From the NCBI RefSeq assembly GCF_001194135.2, contig NC_068994.1:12141930-12205929 (forward strand): 64,000 bases of DNA. The letters run 5' to 3'. The position numbers were made by a program, and so were the translations under genes. Positions 63,250-64,000 of this stretch are shown here, piece by piece (within the stretch, counting starts at the first letter, position 1; each line of letters starts with the position of its first letter). Source of the DNA: Octopus bimaculoides (taxonomy: Eukaryota). The notes beneath the pieces are model-generated. The model was not told the origin of the DNA. It did no database searches and was given only the letters and a program-made list of their open reading frames with translations.

Positions 63250-63434
63250 GCGACTAAATGCCTCCTTCCTAATTGTTGTTATTTGTTTTTTTTCTTTCAT
63301 AGATGTGTAATGCACTGATAACTAGTCTGATTGATCGCTACTTACATGACAACGCCACCATCGACGTCGTGAGTAGCACCTTAAGGAAGATATGTCCACG
63401 TCTCTACAGCACTGATGACGAGACTTGTTCAAAG
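34215..63434 (+). CDS. NUP155: Nuclear pore complex protein Nup155 (Nup170/155 family), 5' part: 24 coding exons, 2703 nt / 901 codons, gene continues beyond the window
   Basis: All 24 exons join in frame with GT-AG sites; recognisable motifs [81 protein letters not shown]. Confidence 0.97.
34865..35345 (+). mobile_element. Highly decayed LINE ORF2 fragment (I/Nimb-like, endonuclease-RT linker)
   Basis: Stop-interrupted [11 protein letters not shown]...QELL*...GSFPTQTKE resembles the ..PGxDGI..L...G.FP..WKE motif. Confidence 0.45.
36458..36595 (+). CDS. NUP155: NUP155 coding exon 2
   Basis: [13 protein letters not shown]...[14 protein letters not shown]; ends at U12-type donor GTATCCTTT. 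Confidence 0.95.
36596..37840 (+). other. NUP155: U12-type (minor spliceosome) GT-AG intron of NUP155
   Basis: 5' splice site GTATCCTTT (U12 consensus RTATCCTTT); branch-site-like TCCTTAAG at 37823-37830, ending 10 nt before the exon; no long polypyrimidine tract. Confidence 0.9.
36760..37145 (-). mobile_element. SINE family B copy inside the NUP155 U12 intron
   Basis: Reverse complement of 23102-23486. Confidence 0.9.
37841..37937 (+). CDS. NUP155: NUP155 coding exon 3
   Basis: [33 protein letters not shown]; donor GTAAGT. Confidence 0.95.
38639..38709 (+). CDS. NUP155: NUP155 coding exon 4
   Basis: [23 protein letters not shown]; AG/GTAAGT. Confidence 0.93.
39646..39738 (+). CDS. NUP155: NUP155 coding exon 5
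   Basis: [26 protein letters not shown]; AG/GTGAGT. Confidence 0.93.
40204..40275 (+). pseudogene. Degenerate tRNA-like sequence (pseudogene or SINE head)
   Basis: D-arm tagcttaatggtagagc, 4/5 anticodon stem with loop ccggaaa, 5-bp T-stem gtgag/ctcat with loop tttgatt, acceptor stem 5/7. Confidence 0.55.
40649..40809 (+). CDS. NUP155: NUP155 coding exon 6
   Basis: [10 protein letters not shown]...[19 protein letters not shown]; AG/GTAAAC. Confidence 0.95.
41443..41548 (+). CDS. NUP155: NUP155 coding exon 7
   Basis: [23 protein letters not shown]; AG/GTGAGC. Confidence 0.95.
42393..42466 (+). CDS. NUP155: NUP155 coding exon 8
   Basis: [25 protein letters not shown]; AG/GTGAGA. Confidence 0.95.
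43070..43285 (+). mobile_element. Further SINE family (others about 12225-12420, 25600-25860, 63500-63820)
   Basis: Shared ctgagttcaaattc...gactttgcctttcatcct..ggggtc.ataaaataagtacc..gcactgggg. Confidence 0.7.
43829..43920 (+). CDS. NUP155: NUP155 coding exon 9
   Basis: [14 protein letters not shown]; AG/GTAAGA. Confidence 0.95.
44081..44462 (+). mobile_element. SINE family B copy
   Basis: Near-identical to 23102-23486. Confidence 0.9.
44760..45110 (-). mobile_element. CR1-group LINE 3' fragment
   Basis: [47 protein letters not shown] matches the CR1/L2-group ORF2 C-terminal motif. Confidence 0.85.
45234..45331 (+). CDS. NUP155: NUP155 coding exon 10
   Basis: [15 protein letters not shown]...HLVAITQA; AG/GTCAGT. 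Confidence 0.95.
47164..47328 (+). CDS. NUP155: NUP155 coding exon 11
   Basis: GVRLYF...[11 protein letters not shown]; AG/GTTTGT. Confidence 0.95.
47962..48062 (+). CDS. NUP155: NUP155 coding exon 12
   Basis: [26 protein letters not shown]; AG/GTATGT. Confidence 0.93.
48992..49390 (+). mobile_element. SINE family A copy
   Basis: Near-identical to 22026-22432. Confidence 0.9.
49405..49715 (-). mobile_element. RTE-type LINE reverse-transcriptase fragment
   Basis: [27 protein letters not shown] followed, after a frameshift, by [16 protein letters not shown]. Confidence 0.85.
50220..50375 (+). CDS. NUP155: NUP155 coding exon 13
   Basis: EGRTWSM...DPPVVVTQH...RKFVFINAQ; AG/GTCTGT. Confidence 0.92.
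51172..51282 (+). CDS. NUP155: NUP155 coding exon 14
   Basis: [13 protein letters not shown]...DFFTLHK; AG/GTAAAC. Confidence 0.95.
51505..51905. repeat. 25-bp CT-rich minisatellite (ctctctttctctccctctcacccgt)n with internal gap
   Basis: Direct inspection. Confidence 0.9.
52610..52672 (+). CDS. NUP155: NUP155 coding exon 15
   Basis: [13 protein letters not shown]; AG/GTAAGT. Confidence 0.93.
53343..53570. mobile_element. piggyBac-like MITE (TTAA-CCCT...AGGG-TTAA); related copies at about 19231, 37951, 53660, 57650, 61800
   Basis: TTAA at both ends; TIR ccctttaacattt / gaatgctaaaggg (11/13 match). Confidence 0.8.
53890..54010 (+). CDS. NUP155: NUP155 coding exon 16
   Basis: [11 protein letters not shown]; AG/GTGAAT. 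Confidence 0.92.
54306..55082. repeat. 20-bp minisatellite (gtctgtctgtctctctgctt)n with two gaps
   Basis: Direct inspection; source of the spurious ETDRQ/LSVCL ORFs. Confidence 0.95.
55182..55274 (+). CDS. NUP155: NUP155 coding exon 17 (low-complexity linker; 3' end may be 55253)
   Basis: Acceptor tattacag; phase 1 at both ends, fitting its neighbours; two in-phase donors (GTATGC 55254, GTTGGT 55275); little recognisable homology. Confidence 0.7.
55345..55851. mobile_element. Second piggyBac-like MITE family, with a nested SINE-C insertion
   Basis: TTAA-cccttttgat...aacaaaaggg-TTAA; body matches the uninterrupted copy at 16304-16624. Confidence 0.75.
56063..56360 (+). mobile_element. SINE-like family C with (GAT)n tail (others: 2803-2864 and 2893-3195 +, 35480-35841 +, 47620-47925 +, 52843-53190 -, 55465-55765 -, 62195-62511 +, 63860-64000 +)
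   Basis: Shared 3' end ...ccaacccatgctagcatggaaagcggacgttaaacgatgatgat and internal subrepeats (ggtggcacgtaaaa, gttgccagt); variable 5' truncation; RTE-LINE partner inferred from the tail type. Confidence 0.85.
56842..57219 (-). mobile_element. SINE family B copy
   Basis: Reverse complement of 23102-23486. Confidence 0.9.
57434..57614 (+). CDS. NUP155: NUP155 coding exon 18
   Basis: Q/P-rich stretch then [19 protein letters not shown]; AG/GTAAGC. Confidence 0.95.
58301..58367 (+). CDS. NUP155: NUP155 coding exon 19
   Basis: [10 protein letters not shown]; AG/GTAAGT; phase-consistent. Confidence 0.88.
58540..58652 (+). CDS. NUP155: NUP155 coding exon 20
   Basis: [11 protein letters not shown]...DFIDFNS; AG/GTAAGT. 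Confidence 0.88.
58675..59095. repeat. Compound (CT)n/(CA)n microsatellite
   Basis: Direct inspection. Confidence 0.9.
59427..60029 (+). mobile_element. SINE family A copy (inflated by an assembly overlap around the 10-N gap)
   Basis: Matches 22026-22432; 59496-59701 is repeated at 59712-59917. Confidence 0.85.
60106..60197 (+). CDS. NUP155: NUP155 coding exon 21
   Basis: [13 protein letters not shown]...RKQWQ; AG/GTATGT; entry phase 2 and exit phase 1 bridge exons 20 and 22. Confidence 0.82.
60449..61260 (-). mobile_element. SINE family A copy spanning an N gap
   Basis: Reverse complement of the family A tail and head on either side of the gap. Confidence 0.8.
61365..61498 (+). CDS. NUP155: NUP155 coding exon 22
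   Basis: [11 protein letters not shown]...[13 protein letters not shown]; AG/GTAAAT. Confidence 0.93.
62956..63015 (+). CDS. NUP155: NUP155 coding exon 23
   Basis: [15 protein letters not shown]; AG/GTAAGA. Confidence 0.92.
63303..63434 (+). CDS. NUP155: NUP155 coding exon 24 (last in window)
   Basis: [15 protein letters not shown]...[15 protein letters not shown]; AG/GTTCTG. Confidence 0.95.
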
Positions 63435-63821
63435 GTTCTGTTCGTCTTGTTTCTTTCCTTTTTTTCTTTTTTTCCCCCCCGACTCTTGTCGGCTCTTTAC
63501 AATCTCAGTTCAAATCCCACCGAGGCCAGCTTTGCCTTTTGTCCTTTTGGGGGTCAATAAAATGCAAGTATTGGGATCGATGTAACTGACTTGTTCCCTC
63601 CCCTCACAATTGCTGGCTTTCTGTCTAAATTAGAAACAGTTATGGGGCAAAACGCTAATTTCGGCATTTCGTCAGTCTTTGCCAGAAACCACCAAGGTTG
63701 ACTGAGCCTTTTATCCTTTTGGGGGTCAAAAAAATAAGTACCAGTTGAGCACTGGGGTTAATGTAACTGACTTGCCCCCTCCTCTCGAACTTACTGGCCT
63801 CATGCCAAAATTTGAAACCAG

Positions 63822-63861
<40 letters not shown>

Positions 63862-64000
63862 TACTGCCTGACGGGCCCTCGTGCCGGTGGAACGTAAAAG
63901 CACCCACTACACTCTCGGAGTAGTTGGCGTTATGGAGGGCATCCAGCTGTAGAAACTCTGCCAGATCAGATTGGAGCCTGGTGCAGCCATCTAGTTCGCC

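Noticed and set aside
1-64000. CRISPR arrays, rRNA genes, spliceosomal snRNA genes, prokaryotic operons
   Set aside because: None seen; the repeats are eukaryotic SINEs, MITEs and satellites with no repeat-spacer structure

Overview
Eukaryotic, AT-rich, gap-rich draft genomic DNA, inferred to be octopus from its SINE families and an effector-less C2H2 gene. Three protein-coding genes can be reconstructed by hand. (1) A 12-finger C2H2 zinc-finger gene with a single coding exon (+, 4925-5968). (2) A complete PRELID1 orthologue (-, coding exons 21729-21820, 19694-19910, 17984-18322; probable 5' UTR exon ending at 29741). (3) The 5' part of nucleoporin NUP155 (+, 24 phase-consistent coding exons, 34215-63434, 901 codons, continuing past the window), divergent from PRELID1 and carrying a GT-AG U12-type minor intron (36596-37840). 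Non-coding DNA is dominated by several SINE families, piggyBac-like TTAA MITEs, and fragments of CRE-, HERO-, CR1-, RTE- and I-like LINEs and a Helitron. The most unusual signal is a set of minimal type-I hammerhead ribozyme motifs in inverted-repeat (Penelope-like) remnants in PRELID1 introns: one has a compensatory U3-A8 core (26777-26818) and one lies sense to the pre-mRNA (20057-20099). Also notable are a 160-bp spacerless palindrome and an orphan E2F/NRF1/STAT-ETS motif cluster at about 12.6 kb with no assigned gene. All calls are from manual reading; no searches were run.
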